Shown piece by piece: positions 1 to 12,340 of a DNA stretch of 64,000 bases. The position numbers and the translations under genes are program-made. The DNA comes from Eledone cirrhosa (taxonomy: Eukaryota). Each line of letters begins with the position of its first letter. Positions within the stretch are counted from its first letter, which is position 1. The stretch is from the NCBI GenBank assembly GCA_964016885.1, contig OZ024741.1:231756001-231820000 (forward strand). Reading direction: 5' to 3'. The notes under the pieces are model-generated. The model was not told the origin of the DNA. It saw only the letters and a list, made by a program, of their open reading frames with translations, and searched no databases.

Positions 1-65
1 ATTATTATTATTATTATTATTATTATTATTTTTTTTTTTTTTTTATTTATTTATTTTTTTTTATT

Positions 66-105
66 GTGCAATGGCCATACTCGATAACGAGGGGGCAGCC
101 ATCAT
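66..105 (+). mobile_element. 3' tail fragment of an RTE-like LINE
   Basis: gtgcaatggccatactcgataacgagggggcagccatcat recurs at ~2330-2370 (-), ~13058-13092 (+) and ~31960-32000 (-). The 13058 copy follows a C2H2-like CTRVFKSLAGLRSH remnant and precedes (TATG)n. Confidence 0.5.
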
Positions 106-334
106 ATATATATATATATAATTATATATGTTTCACTTATATCTGTGTGCATGTGTGTGTATATGTATATACCCATATGCTTTTATATATATATTGCTAT
201 ATATTTTTATATATTACTTTTCTTACCCTTCTTTTTATACATTTTTTAATGTATATTTCCCGTTATTTTTTCCAGCCTCACTTCCATCCTTTAACAGATT
301 TTCAATCTTATTTCATATTTTCTATCCATAACAT

Positions 335-402
335 CTCTCTCTGATGACCGATCCAGACGTATATAAATATTGTCTGGGATCCAGAAACGTTTCGTAATGG
401 AG
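335..402 (+). ncRNA. Degenerate type I hammerhead-like motif
   Basis: CTGATGA (341-347), stem II gatccagac/gtctgggatc, GAAAC (384-388), then GTA. Stem I pairs poorly. Confidence 0.4.
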
Positions 403-851
403 TAGTTATATTTTGTGTTGTTCACTTTCTAATTGAATATATATATATATATACACCCTAATATATTTATGAGAAAAAACTTCTTTACAATTGGATAAAC
501 AAGGTATGCCCCTATTTAGAAAAATGATATCCCCTTATGAGTCAGTCACTTACACGCCAATGCCGTTGGCCTTCAATCTGGAACAAGCTGTTGAAAAGGC
601 AACAGCTCAATCACCGGGGTAGCGACTCTTTATAAAATAGACACAATTTATTACCTGATGTATGATTACTTGGTTGTGTAATGATCTAGCCAGTTTCAAA
701 CTGAATCCATCCTGATATATGCTTATATGCATATTTTGAAGAATGTAATCCTTCAACTTTGCGATTGATAGCGTATTATTCCTAAACATGTTGAAATATA
801 TCTGTGAGGCCGTCTCATATTTCCCAATGTTTTATATTTATCTATTGACAG

Positions 852-928
852 CTCCATCGGAAGTTACCATTACAGAGTCCCAGCGAATGAAATGGCAAAA
901 GGAATGCTCAAGGATTGTCATAACACAG
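852..928 (+). CDS. Receptor-type PTP-like gene, D1 exon (motifs 4-6 region)
   Basis: ttgacag|CT...ACACAG|gtaatg, phase 1->0. Encodes (x)PSEVTITESQRMKWQKECSRIVITQ, which aligns to the PTP consensus GPxxxTxxDFWRMIWQxxxxxIVMxT. Confidence 0.75.
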
Positions 929-1131
929 GTAATGAGTCCTTAGAATCAACTCAGTATTTGCATTAGGAATGCCAATATGTTACAGAATCGTGGTTGGTTG
1001 CGTTATCACTACGTGTACCATTAACGAATTTAATACTGATGTGGTCCCAGATTTGGCTTCTCCTGTGCGTTGCCTCTGTAATACAGATATCTACACATTA
1101 CTGCATGCTCTATTTACTTGACTAAGGATAT

Positions 1132-1201
1132 AATAATTGTTTCTACGTTTGGCACAAGGCCAGAAATTATCCAGTGCATTACTGGTACTTTATTTTATCG
1201 A
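1132..1201 (-). mobile_element. 5'-truncated SINE with target-site duplication
   Basis: SINE 3' end flanked by the direct repeat gactaaggatataataat (1120-1137 and 1200-1217). Confidence 0.7.
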
Positions 1202-1409
1202 CTAAGGATATAATAATATGTGACCATTGGTTTCAAGATACGTTTTATAATTTCGCCCTTATGACATTTCTGATAAATTTGAAAGCTATATACTATTTCA
1301 GCCGCAAATATGGGTTTTTAATTTAAATGAAATTATGATTTAAAATGTTAAGGAACGTCCGAGTGCAATTTTTCAGTGTTAATATTTGATTCTACGTATA
1401 TACATATAT

Positions 1410-1435
1410 ATGTGTGTGTGTATGTGTGTGTGTGT

Positions 1436-1511
<76 letters not shown>
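1410..1511. repeat. (TG)n microsatellite
   Basis: Directly visible. One of dozens of (TG), (TA), (GA), (GATA) and (TATG) tracts in the window. Confidence 0.98.
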
Positions 1512-1513
<2 letters not shown>

Positions 1514-1667
1514 GTATGGGGCTGATGGCTGGGAGAATTGACTGTTCAATATCGATGTAGAATGTTAATATTCCTTTTGTTAAGATACAATAGTGCGTCA
1601 TTTTACACTTGAGTTTCGCCCGTTTACATCAGATGACCCTGTGATCAACAGACGAAGCACCAGGGTA

Positions 1668-2260
1668 ATAATTATTTCTATTTTAGGCACAAGGCTAGTA
1701 ACTCTGCGGGAGGGCAAATTTGATTAAATCGGCCTCAGTGCATTACTGGTGCTTTATTTTATCTACTTCGCAAAGATGAAGGAAATTGAACTCAGAACGC
1801 AAAGGGCCATAACTTCATACTGCAAAGCCTGGTGTCTGGCGCCTTATTGATCCTGCCAATAATAATTGTTTCTCCTTTTGGCACAAGGCCAGCAATTATC
1901 CCAGTGCATTACTGCTACATTATTTTATCGATTTCGCAAGGATGAAATGCAAAGTTAGCTCAGGGGGATTTGAACTCAGGACGTAAAGCGCCGTAACAAA
2001 ATGCTGCAAAGCATGATGTCCGACGCTCTACTGATTCTGCCAATAATAATGATTACTAGTATAGGCACAAGGCAAGTAATTTTTTTTTTGGGGGGAAAGT
2101 CGATTAAATCGACCCGAGGACGATACTGGTGCTTTATTTTATCAATCATGTAAGGATGCAAGGCAAAGTTAACCTCAGCGGGATTTGAACCCAGACCATA
2201 AAGGGCCGTAACTCGATGCTGCGAAGCGTGGTATCTGACACTCTATCGGTACTGGCAATA
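1668..2260 (-). mobile_element. Three tandem tRNA-derived SINE copies
   Basis: Units at ~1668-1860, 1861-2045 and 2050-2260. Each is the reverse complement of the full SINE at 53649, with ggcacaaggc...tttatcga...gaactcag landmarks. Confidence 0.85.
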
Positions 2261-2717
2261 ATAAAACTCACTTTCCAGCCTTAATAAAATTAATACACAC
2301 ACGCACGCACACAATCCCCCCCCCACACATGATGGATGCCCCTTCGTTATCGAGTATGGCAATTGCACGATATAACATTATTAATAAATATCAATTAATG
2401 CTAGCGTGCAACGCCTGTGCGTGAAGATTTTTTTAAAGTGAGGAAAGACTTCGCTCTGAGCCAATCCCACTCTCTTAGCGACAGTATCTATAACCTGAAA
2501 AGAAGAAAATATCGACATCCTCGTTAACTACTGAGCCGCAGGTTTATGACGGAATTATCCCAATTTCCTGGGTTTTCTTCTCCTAGAAGAACGCCCTGAC
2601 AAACGCTAGGGGACCTACACTCCCAGTGGGTTCACCGCACGATCGGGTCTCCAGCCCGATTATTTCTATGTCCTCATGCATATACATACACATGCTTACA
2701 CGTATATATATATATAT

Positions 2718-2751
<34 letters not shown>

Positions 2752-2764
2752 TAGTTATTCCGGG

Positions 2765-3890
2765 TTCATGGGAGCAAGTGACTCGGCTGAAATTAGCGAC
2801 CTCATGGGCCTGTACATCTTACACCACCTGAAGAACCTCTTCAGAACATACACTTCCCCACAGAAAATAGGTACTACACCATCTTTAATAAGAATACAAT
2901 AAGACTTTCCTACTCCACTCCACCTAACCTAACTTGGAATATAGCCAATCTCAACACTACAAAATTAAATATGCCTACTACATCCGAACCCAATCCACGG
3001 ACGGGAGCTTAGTGCAACTGCCAAAATGAAGAAGCCTGAACACTTGAAAACAAATGCCTGACATATGACATCATTGCAGAAATAGAAACTACTTATGGTT
3101 CAATCCAATGTGTAACTCCTCTATAAAAACTAAGCTACCTTACACCTTCTTCAAATTAGTTGACAAACATTTCCCTAAATTTCATAAATATCATAAAATC
3201 TTTAATAGAAAAACTATCAAACTATCATACTCCACTGCCAACAACATAGAATCGCACATACATAAAATTAACTATAAAATAATTTATAATACAAGTAGCC
3301 CACAAATAAGTACCATAACACCAAATACCAAACATAAGCATATAACATCATCATAACCAAACACACGTCAAAGCACATCACTACAATACATCAAGAAACC
3401 AAATTCTCAGCCCATACATATCAACCTACAAAACCATATAGAAGAATCGGCGCATAGTAAAGCATCTAAATGTAACTGCCATCTACCTGACAAATGCCCT
3501 TTACAAAACAGATGCCTAGAGACAAATATAGTATACCTATGTATTATAAAGACAGGTAGCTTAGCATGGCATTACATTGGTTCCATAGCTGGGGAGTTTA
3601 AGAAATAGTGGTACGTACATAGACACTATATGACTAATAGCAATCTCTCAAAGACATCGACTCTCGCCAATAAAATCTGGCAACTTAAAGATGCAAGCAT
3701 GGAATATAAAATCAGATGGACAAAGCTATAAAAAGCAAAGGCCTATCAAATTGGTATGTCCCACTGCGGTCTCTGTAATATGGAACTTTTTCAAATTTTA
3801 AATTACAAGATTCTTCTTAACAGTAAAATTGAAAACAACATTTTTTGTTGACATAAATCGGCAACTAAATTTGTGAACTTTAGACCAGCT
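2765..3890 (+). mobile_element. Decayed Penelope-like element (RT remnant + GIY-YIG endonuclease)
   Basis: MGASDSAEISDLMGLYIL (RT); WFNPMCNSSIKTK...KHFP...KIFNRKTIKLSYS; CNCHLPDKCPLQNRCLETNIVY...YIG...CGLC. Contains stops and internal deletions. Confidence 0.8.
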
Positions 3891-4122
3891 TAATTTCATC
3901 TTATCTATTCCATAACCCAGATTGTACCATTTGGATCTATTATGATATCACATTATCACATCATTATCATTATAATTATAATTATAATTGTCATCATCTA
4001 TCAAAGAACAATATCAAAACCACTTATATTTACATTCTTATCTCATATATATATATATTTACACTCTTTATCTTAATATCTCTCTTTAAATTTATCTTAT
4101 CTCTGTCATTCTATGTTATCAT

Positions 4123-4230
4123 ATAATTGTTTCTACTGTTGGCTCAAGGCCAGCAATTATCCCAGTGTATTACTGGTACTTTATTGTATCGACCCCGTAA
4201 GGAAGAAAAGCAAAGTTAACCTCGGCGGGA
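4123..4230 (-). mobile_element. Partial SINE
   Basis: Matches the 3' half of the 53649 SINE in reverse orientation. Confidence 0.8.
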
Positions 4231-4705
4231 AATATAACTTAAAACTAATTAATTAATTTATTTATTAAAATAACCAATAAACACATAAATATATTTAACA
4301 TTATCATATTTTGACCATTTTTTCATATATTCATTATATATTTTTTATATATATATATTTTTTTTTTATTTACATATATTCATGCATTAATTCATCTATT
4401 TCTCCCTCTATCCTTCTTCTCTTCTCTCTATAAAACTTTTATTCTTATTTACGTTTGTCTCACATATATATACCACCATCTTCTATATAGCTTCCTCTCT
4501 TTATATTTCTATCTACAATAATTTCTCCTTTTCTTCTTCTTTCTCTTTTTCTTTTTCCTTTTCCTTCTTCTATTTCCTTCCTTTCCTTTCTTTCTTTACT
4601 GTATCTATCTCCCTTTCTTCCTCCTTTTCTCTCTATATCTTTATTATTAATATTATTATTGATGATGTAATTTGAATTTGTAAATTTGCCGGTTACATAT
4701 ATATA

Positions 4706-4814
4706 CAATTTCCGATGATTTAGTAGAGTTACCATCGATTTAAAATTGAGTGGCACTGTTTTTAGTGTTCAGCAATTTTTAGGCAACTCTATCAGTGAAA
4801 CAATTGTTAGAGAG
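4706..4814 (+). ncRNA. Degenerate hammerhead-like motif downstream of the Penelope ORF (probable pLTR)
   Basis: CCGATGA (U4 mutated), stem II tagagttacc/ggcaactcta, GAAA (4797-4800), palindromic stem III ACAATTGT, then T and AGAGAG. Confidence 0.45.
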
Positions 4815-5032
4815 CAAATAAATCCTTGTTTTTGTATTGTTGACCATGTTATTCTCCACTTTTTCAATTTTATTACTCCAATATAAACTTACATAGGAAT
4901 ATAAGTGAAATCATGAACTCGTCATCTACGTAAACCTCTTGTTGAGTCAAGCAACCCCGTACGCTAAAACTATCCATAATAATAAGTATTCACAACCTCT
5001 AATTGGATTACCTTTAACGATATTTTGTTATC

Positions 5033-5109
<77 letters not shown>

Positions 5110-5112
5110 TAC

Positions 5113-5144
<32 letters not shown>

Positions 5145-5905
5145 ATGTATATCTGTTAGACACGTAGTGACTAACAACGTAAGGTTTTAAGTCTGCGTGT
5201 CTGACATATATGCGTAGCTTGTGAATAAAACATATTCAAGGGGTGTCTCTGGCCGTGATGATAGCTGCCAAACATATTTTGTAATGTATCGTCTTACTGG
5301 CTAATTTCATCGTCCTGTTGGCTAATAAACCAACGATAGTAATTATTGCTCAAAAGCATCCACCATTTTGTTTGCACGTTTATTTATCGCTTGGCTTTCG
5401 AATCTTCCCCCTCTATGTCGTCGTTTATCAACAAAATATTTTTGTCATTCTGGTAAGTTATATTGTTAATTTATATATGATTTTTTTTAATTTATATTAA
5501 CTATTTTTTTTCAGTTCTTTATAACATGCTTATAATATTGGTTGTATCATATTTACTTGTATATTTGTCCATATTATTGTTCGTTTTATGTTATACTATT
5601 TTATTATTATTATGTTAGATTATTATTTTTATTATTATGTTAGACAACTTGTATATAATATTTAATTTTTATTAATTCAACTATAACAATTATTATGTAA
5701 AATACATTTATTTAATATTGAGTGTTTTTTGTAGTTGTTTATATTAAAAGTCTGAAAATATTTTTATACATCTTACAATAATATTTATAAGATAATTCAT
5801 AAAATAACAATTATATAATCTAATTACATTACAACGATAATTTATTATTAATATATATCATGTATAACTAGAGTTAATACAAGCGTTGCCTTAACAAATT
5901 ATTAA

Positions 5906-6350
5906 ACAAGACCTGAAAAATGCGCAAGCTGAAAAGAGACACAGAATGTTATAATACACCTTCAAAAGTGTGGGACAGGAGTTGTTGCTCAAACATATTG
6001 TAATCGTTATCTATCGTACACATTGTGGCATCCTTTTTTTAAAAAAGAGACTCATAACGAACTCAATGTGACACGATAATTATTTAAGTGAATTTATAAT
6101 ATATAATTCGGTTTAAGTACATTTCGTATTAATCATTACTAAATATCTAATATGAGATATTGAACATTAGCTTTAATAATCATCGTGTCGTCTTGAGTTC
6201 GTTATGAGTCTCTTTTTTATAAAAGGATGCCATAGTGGGTACGATAGATACTGATTACAATATTTTTAAGCAACAACTCTAGTCCCACACTTTTGAAGGT
6301 TTATTATAACGTTCTGTGGCTCTTTTGAGCTTGCGCATTTTTCAGGTCTT
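5906..6350. repeat. Long imperfect inverted repeat (~180-bp arms)
   Basis: aagacctgaaaaatgcgcaagct...gacacgat is mirrored by atcgtgtc...agcttgcgcatttttcaggtctt. Confidence 0.9.
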
Positions 6351-6360
6351 ATATATATAT

Positions 6361-6660
6361 ACAAATATAAATTTAGCGAGAATCGCATTTCGACGGGTAG
6401 AAATTAGTGAAACGCAACTTCCGTATTGTGCAGACAAGCGATCCATGGATATGAAGATACCAGAGCTATAAACATAAGTTTAAAAGGTCATACAAACTGA
6501 AACGATGGTTAAGAAGCCATTAACTACCAGAGCCAAAAAAAGCGAACAAGCTAAACGGGCCAAACAAAATAAGATATGATTGAAATAGTTACCCGGACCC
6601 TCGGGGAAGATGGAATACTCCAAATTTGGGTTTCTGCAACACCTAAATCAATAATACTGT
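6361..6660. repeat. Dispersed repeat beside (TA)n; second copy at 17100-17375
   Basis: Shared landmarks: aaatataa-ttagcgagaatcg-atttc...ccggac...tttctgc-ac. Confidence 0.7.
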
Positions 6661-6916
6661 CTGCTTATAAAAAATAACCTTTTGGTATAATGATCGAACA
6701 AGCCATCGTTTTCTCAGCAGGCATTTTGTTCTTCGTGGGCCAGAATCTCACAGGTTATGAAAGCACATGTGAAGTTCTAAAGGGGAGAAAACCCCATATT
6801 TTGGCCAGTGAATTCAGCGTCTGTAGTTATTGCAAAAAAAAAAAATGAAATATATATATATATATACATATATGGTTGTATATCTATATATTTATGTAAG
6901 TATGTATTAATGTATG

Positions 6917-7036
<120 letters not shown>

Positions 7037-7524
7037 TCCTTGCTGACACCCGGAATATACCTTAAGAGAAACTTAACAATAAGGAGAAGAACCCTAAAAC
7101 TTGAACCTGTTTATAGAATTCTTTCTGCCTTTGTCACTCTAAATACAGCTTTAAAGGATTACCTTTTAAAGAATTCCCTTTTTTTAAACCAATGATCTCT
7201 ACGCATCCTGTAGACACTTGATATACAGGCATTGTTAGTATAAGAGGTACTTAAAAACAAGGATTGGTATTCCAATCTGAACTTTTTTATAGTATTATTT
7301 CTGCCTTTGTCACGCTAAATATAAATTATAGCTTTAAAGAATTAGCCTTTAATGAATTCCCTTTTCTTTAAACCCATCAACCAATTTACCTCCACCCATC
7401 CCAATCGCCACCCTCTCCTACCACCAGAAAAGATATAAATACTACCATATCTACTAGGACAGTCAGCTTCCCGATGATTTCTCACGAATGAAACAGTTCT
7501 CGTCCTGTAGAAGATTTTCTATAT

Positions 7525-7591
<67 letters not shown>

Positions 7592-7699
7592 ATCGAAACC
7601 TTTGGTGCCATGCAGTTCTGCAGATGATCCGACTGCCATTGCATAAAAACCTACAGCCACTAGGCACCTCTGTACACTCTAACCCCACACCCTACCCTA

Positions 7700-7979
7700 T
7701 CTTTCCTTTCCCTTTCCGTCCACTGTGTCGATGATACGACAGTCTTCAGTTTAAGGCGACCGAGTAGGAGACAGGGTAAAAAGACTCCTAGTCCACACTG
7801 TAAATGTTGTGGTTTTAGGAAGTGCATCCAGATGTAAAAGAAAATCCCGCTAGAGACACTTCTGTGCTAGCGAGACACTGTCACGCGACTATTCCCTCAT
7901 CAAATGGAACAAAACCGTCTAACCCATGCTAGCCTGGAAGATTGACGTTAAACGATGATGATGATGATGATGATGATGA

Positions 7980-7982
<3 letters not shown>
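7700..7982 (+). mobile_element. SINE-like element with (GAT)n tail
   Basis: aggaagtgcatccag...aacccatgctagc...gacgttaaacgatgatgat, a retroposon-type 3' end. Confidence 0.5.
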
Positions 7983-8025
<43 letters not shown>

Positions 8026-8049
8026 GCATACATATATATACATATTTAC

Positions 8050-8247
8050 ACATTCTGGATGGACGTTGACTCTTATAAGTTCTTCCGCCGTTTGTCAGGT
8101 TTTGTTTTTTGTCCTGCAGGGTGTCCAAAACCACCCTCCTCACCAAATAAACTTGGTGGTGTTACCGGTTTAGTCGCCAACGATCCGACCACGCGACATG
8201 TTGTACTGGGGTACATGTTGTCACTAGCACTCAAGAGTGACCTGACA
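8050..8247 (-). mobile_element. Dispersed retroposon-like repeat (copies at 12484-12680 + and 32330-32510 -)
   Basis: Shared gtcaggtcac...aacatgta-cccagtacaac...ggtcgttggcgactaaac...ttggtgaggagggtg. Confidence 0.75.
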
Positions 8248-9062
8248 TAGCACGCACACACGCACCACACTCACACAAACACACACACACATATATGTAT
8301 AGAGAGAGAGTGGGGATGTATATACAAGAGTACACACATGTGAGTGTGTGTGTATAGGTATGTATGTGTTTTTTTTCAGTTTGTCTGTCACATACCCTTT
8401 AGTAATAAACACATGTGCGTGTATGTGTGGGGTTGTTGTGTGTGTTTTTGTGTGTGTCTTTTTCAGACTGTCTGTCACAGATACTTTTGTGGAGGGGAAC
8501 TAGGAAAAACATTTTTTCTCTTTAAAATTCAGAAAATTCTCAAAAATTAAAAACTAAAATCCAAAGGATTTCCAGAATCCCAACATTTTTAAATTAAAGA
8601 AATTAAAAAAATAAAAAAAATCTTTCCTAAAAAAAACTTTAAAAAAAAAAAAAAACTTTTTCCTAAAAAATTAGAAAACATATTTTTCCTCTCCAAAAAA
8701 AATCCGTATCAAAAGCAATATCTTCTGCAATGAGCAATTTTTTCCTCTCATTTTGAAACGAGAGACTGTGGGTGTATATATAAATAAATACATACAAACA
8801 CATGGAATTAAGCAACATCTTTTTCTACAAAATTTAGAAAATTGTCAAAAGTTAAAGACTAAAATCCAACGGGTTCTCAGAATCCCAAAATTGAAACATT
8901 AGAACAAATTTTCATTAAACATTCTTTGAAGAAGGCCAGACTTATCAGTAGCAGTAACTTCTGCAATGGGTAATTTTTTCTCTTATTCTGTGGTGCATAT
9001 ATATATATATATGAAAGACGTAAATAAGAAACTTATGAAAATGACTTACTTACTAAAATTTC

Positions 9063-9141
9063 ACTCCAACTAATTAGTTACTGTAAGGGGATAAATATAG
9101 TTACGTAATAACTATAGAGAAGCCTTACGTCATCAGGGAGT
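9063..9141 (-). ncRNA. Type I hammerhead motif (GAAA->GUAA in this copy)
   Basis: Minus strand reads actcc CTGATGA cgtaagg...ccttaca GTAA ctaattag TT ggagt, with a perfect 5-bp stem I. The partial duplicate at ~9586-9615 keeps GAAA. Confidence 0.65.
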
Positions 9142-9415
9142 CTATTCTCAGCTAAGCTTCCAGGCAATGCGGGAACACTGGGAACTTATATAAAAATAAT
9201 TCAGTGGATGGAAAAAAGCGAGCGGGTCTAGATTCCAAGACATTGAAAAATTCACTGCCTTCTTGGTCAAGTGGCAAATTCAAAAGAATCAATCACGTGA
9301 CACTGAGGTTAACCAGCTTGGAGTGGGGGTGCTATTAAGACAGAGCCTAGCCACTACTATCAGTCACAGTGGTAATTTCGGAAAATTTTGCTCAACAAAT
9401 AATTTGGAGATAATT

Positions 9416-9792
9416 ATAAAGAATTAATATATCTACCGACATATGTATGCAGATGCATACCTATGCTAGCAAATACATACGTTTTGTCTTAGGAACTCTG
9501 TGGTTCTATGCAGGGGGGTGCAGAACAATTATATGAAAGACGTAAATAAGAAAGTTATGAAAATTGACTTACTTACTAAAGTTTCACTCCAACTAATTAG
9601 TTTCTGTAAGGGGATAAACTAATTAGTTGGAGTGAAATTTTAGTAAGTCAATGTTCATAACTTTCTTATTTACGTCTTTCATATAATTGTTCTGCACCCA
9701 CTGCATAGAACCACAAAGTTACTAAGACAAAACGTATATATTTGCTAGCATAGGTATGCATCTGTATACATATGTCGGTAGATATATTAATT

Positions 9793-9798
<6 letters not shown>
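9416..9798. repeat. Inverted repeat (~185-bp arms), probable solo Penelope pLTR fold-back
   Basis: Arms 9416-9603 and 9617-9798. The segment 9012-9100 is directly repeated at 9532-9615, and the whole block is flanked by (TA)n. Confidence 0.85.
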
Positions 9799-9852
<54 letters not shown>

Positions 9853-10061
9853 TCACACATATATAAAATAGTGTACATATGTGTGTGTGGGTGGGAAGAG
9901 GGTTGTGGTGAGTGTGTGTGTGTGTGTTTTTTTTCAGTCCGTTTGTCACAGACCCCTTTGTGGTGTGTGTGTGATTACATATTTAGTTTTGGTTTAAATT
10001 TGTTAATAAATAGTTTTTCATTATTTATTATTTGTTGTTGAGTGAAAGAATCTGAGCACTT

Positions 10062-10325
10062 GTAAAAGGAGAAGATTTTAAAGTTGGGTAGATTCATTCC
10101 TGCACAATCTACTTAAGGGGACTTTCCTTGTGTTTACGTCTCGGATTTGTTGGCGATGGATATTCATTCTTCTTGCGTAATGACACCTCCGTCTGTCCTA
10201 TATAGTTATGTCGACAACCACCACATGTGATTACATAGATCGGGTTCTGCGAGTTGCAAGTGAAGTTGTTTTTCACTGTGAAAGTTTTGCCATCTTTAAA
10301 CATGAATTTTTTCCCTTCAATTATA
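10062..10325 (-). mobile_element. Penelope-like GIY-YIG fragment
   Basis: FTVKNNFTCNSQNPIYVITCGGCRHNYIGQT, homologous to the endonuclease at ~21700-21990. Confidence 0.8.
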
Positions 10326-10484
10326 TAAATGTGTGTGTGTGCGTGTACTAGCAGAGTTGCCCGTCATTGCTGCTCAATTTATTTCATAGAATGCCCGTCT
10401 TTCCTTATGTTCTCATTCCATATCAGACTACGTTACTCCTGTATCTTATCTCTCGTTACTTATTCCCCGTGGCCGTCAATCGTC

Positions 10485-10620
10485 CCTAAGTGAGTTTCTA
10501 GGAAAGTGGACTGGAGCAACGCGAAATAAAGTGTATTGCTCTATGACACTGTAGTTCATTGGGAATCGAACTTACAACCCAACGGTGGAGAGTCGAAAAC
10601 CATATAAACTAAGCGACGCA
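10485..10620 (-). mobile_element. Second tRNA-derived SINE family, decayed
   Basis: Minus strand has a B-box-like gttcgattccc followed by gtgtcatagagcaatacacttta...ttgctccagtccac. Confidence 0.55.
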
Positions 10621-11892
10621 ACAACGAAAAGTGATACACACACTAACGAAAAGAAATAGAAAGACGGAGAATAAAGAGTTTCGACAGAAGAAAAAATGTG
10701 TCAGTGAGGTCAATTCACTTATCTGATAGCTTTCCCTCATCTTTTCACTCCTCAAATTAATGGATATTTTCCTTGATAAATATGACAAACGTTTATATTT
10801 ATGTGGCTAATTTTCATTTATTCTCTTCGGAATTAAGAAACTCTTTGTGTTAAAAACATCCTCCTTGGGACACATTTCAAAAACCAGAAACGTTTCTCTC
10901 TAATCTGCAAAATATAAATGAATATATACATAAACGCACACTTTCAAATAAAAAAGTAGCTGTGTGTGTGTGTGGTGGGGGTGTTCTTTTATTTGTGTTT
11001 AATCATTCCTGTTATTCTTTATCTAGCCACTCTGGATTTTTTTCATATTTCCTTAATTGTTATCTTTTTTAATTTCCTTCACTTCCTCTTGGTTCCCTTG
11101 AATACCTATTTGGTTTACTCTAAACATACTACACCCAGATTTTACATAACTTAACGTACAATATCTATATAATTATTTATCTGACTGACTGTGTCTGGCC
11201 GTGGTTGTGGCCGTGGCAATCTAGAATAATCAGTTCCATTGTCTACAGCATAAGTTCTCAATCCATTTCAGCCAAACGCCCCCTTTTGCTTCTCGAAATC
11301 ACGAAACGCCCCTTACCCTATATTTCCTTTTTTTAAATATACTACTGATTTTGATATCAGTAGATTACTGGGCCAAATCCAGTTATCTTAAGAATCTTTA
11401 AAAAGATCTTTAAAAGGATCTTTAAAAAATACTCGTACGAATTAAATACAAAAATGTTTCAGTCCAAAACAAAAGCAAATTATTTCAAATTATATATTTT
11501 TGAAAAATAGACGTGATCTCAGTCGAAAAAGCTTCTTTTTAAAATTTATATTTCACTGTTAGCTGTTGCAATATTTTGAGTTGATAGACAATTCTACAAT
11601 TCAAACTGTAAAGTCAAAATACAAAAGATGCAAAATACGGAGAATTGTTTACCTTTCTCTGGAATCACAAAATCAAAGGAATAATAGTACCTTGCAGAAT
11701 AAAGTGCCTCGATCACAAACTTAGTTGCAACGACTGGATTGAGATGCTTGGTGACAAAGAGCAAACAATATCTGAATCCCTTATATATATATATACATAG
11801 ATACATACATACCCACACACACATACATACGTTCACACAAACTTGCGTGTGTGTTTGTATGTGCTTTGGTTTTGGTACAGAAATAATTTTTA

Positions 11893-12158
11893 AATTGTTT
11901 AACCACGACAGCAGAGCCCAAGCCGTTTCGACGGCTATTTCTGGACTAAAATTTAGTCCAGAAATAGCCGTCGAAGCTCTGCCGTCGGGGTTAAACATTT
12001 TCCTATTACCCACCTTAGTATTCAATACTTACTCAGGTGGGTAATAGGAAATTGTTTAACCCCGACGGCAGATCTTCGACGGCTATTTCTGGACTAAATT
12101 TTAGTCCAGAAATAGCCGTCGAAACGGCTTGGGCTCTGCTGTCGTGGTTAAACAATTT
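11893..12158. repeat. Nested inverted repeat (each arm is itself a hairpin)
   Basis: Arms ~11893-12020 and ~12030-12158, each containing tcgacggctatttctggactaaa / tttagtccagaaatagccgtcga. Confidence 0.92.
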
Positions 12159-12232
<74 letters not shown>

Positions 12233-12340
12233 CATGGACACACTGGAAGAGGAAGGCCGAGCTTAAAATATGTTGATGCTCTAAGGACAGACATTGGTCT
12301 CTTGGAAACGCAGGACATGGCAGTGATAATGAGAGAATTT
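12233..12340 (+). mobile_element. LINE 3' fragment (RTE-like); longer copy at 17840-18060
   Basis: [33 protein letters not shown]. The 17840 copy continues ...MRDRDRW and ends in (GATA)n. Confidence 0.6.

Noticed and set aside
474-503. Possible upstream PTP exon ending CAAG|gtatgc
   Set aside because: The acceptor is poor and the peptide does not resemble YIATQ. The true exon is probably upstream of the window.
5150-5460. CpG-richer patch ending in a strong donor-like CTG|gtaagt
   Set aside because: No acceptor, PTP similarity or other support for an exon or promoter.
11594-12276. Mirror ORFs sharing [16 protein letters not shown]
   Set aside because: An artefact of the nested palindrome.
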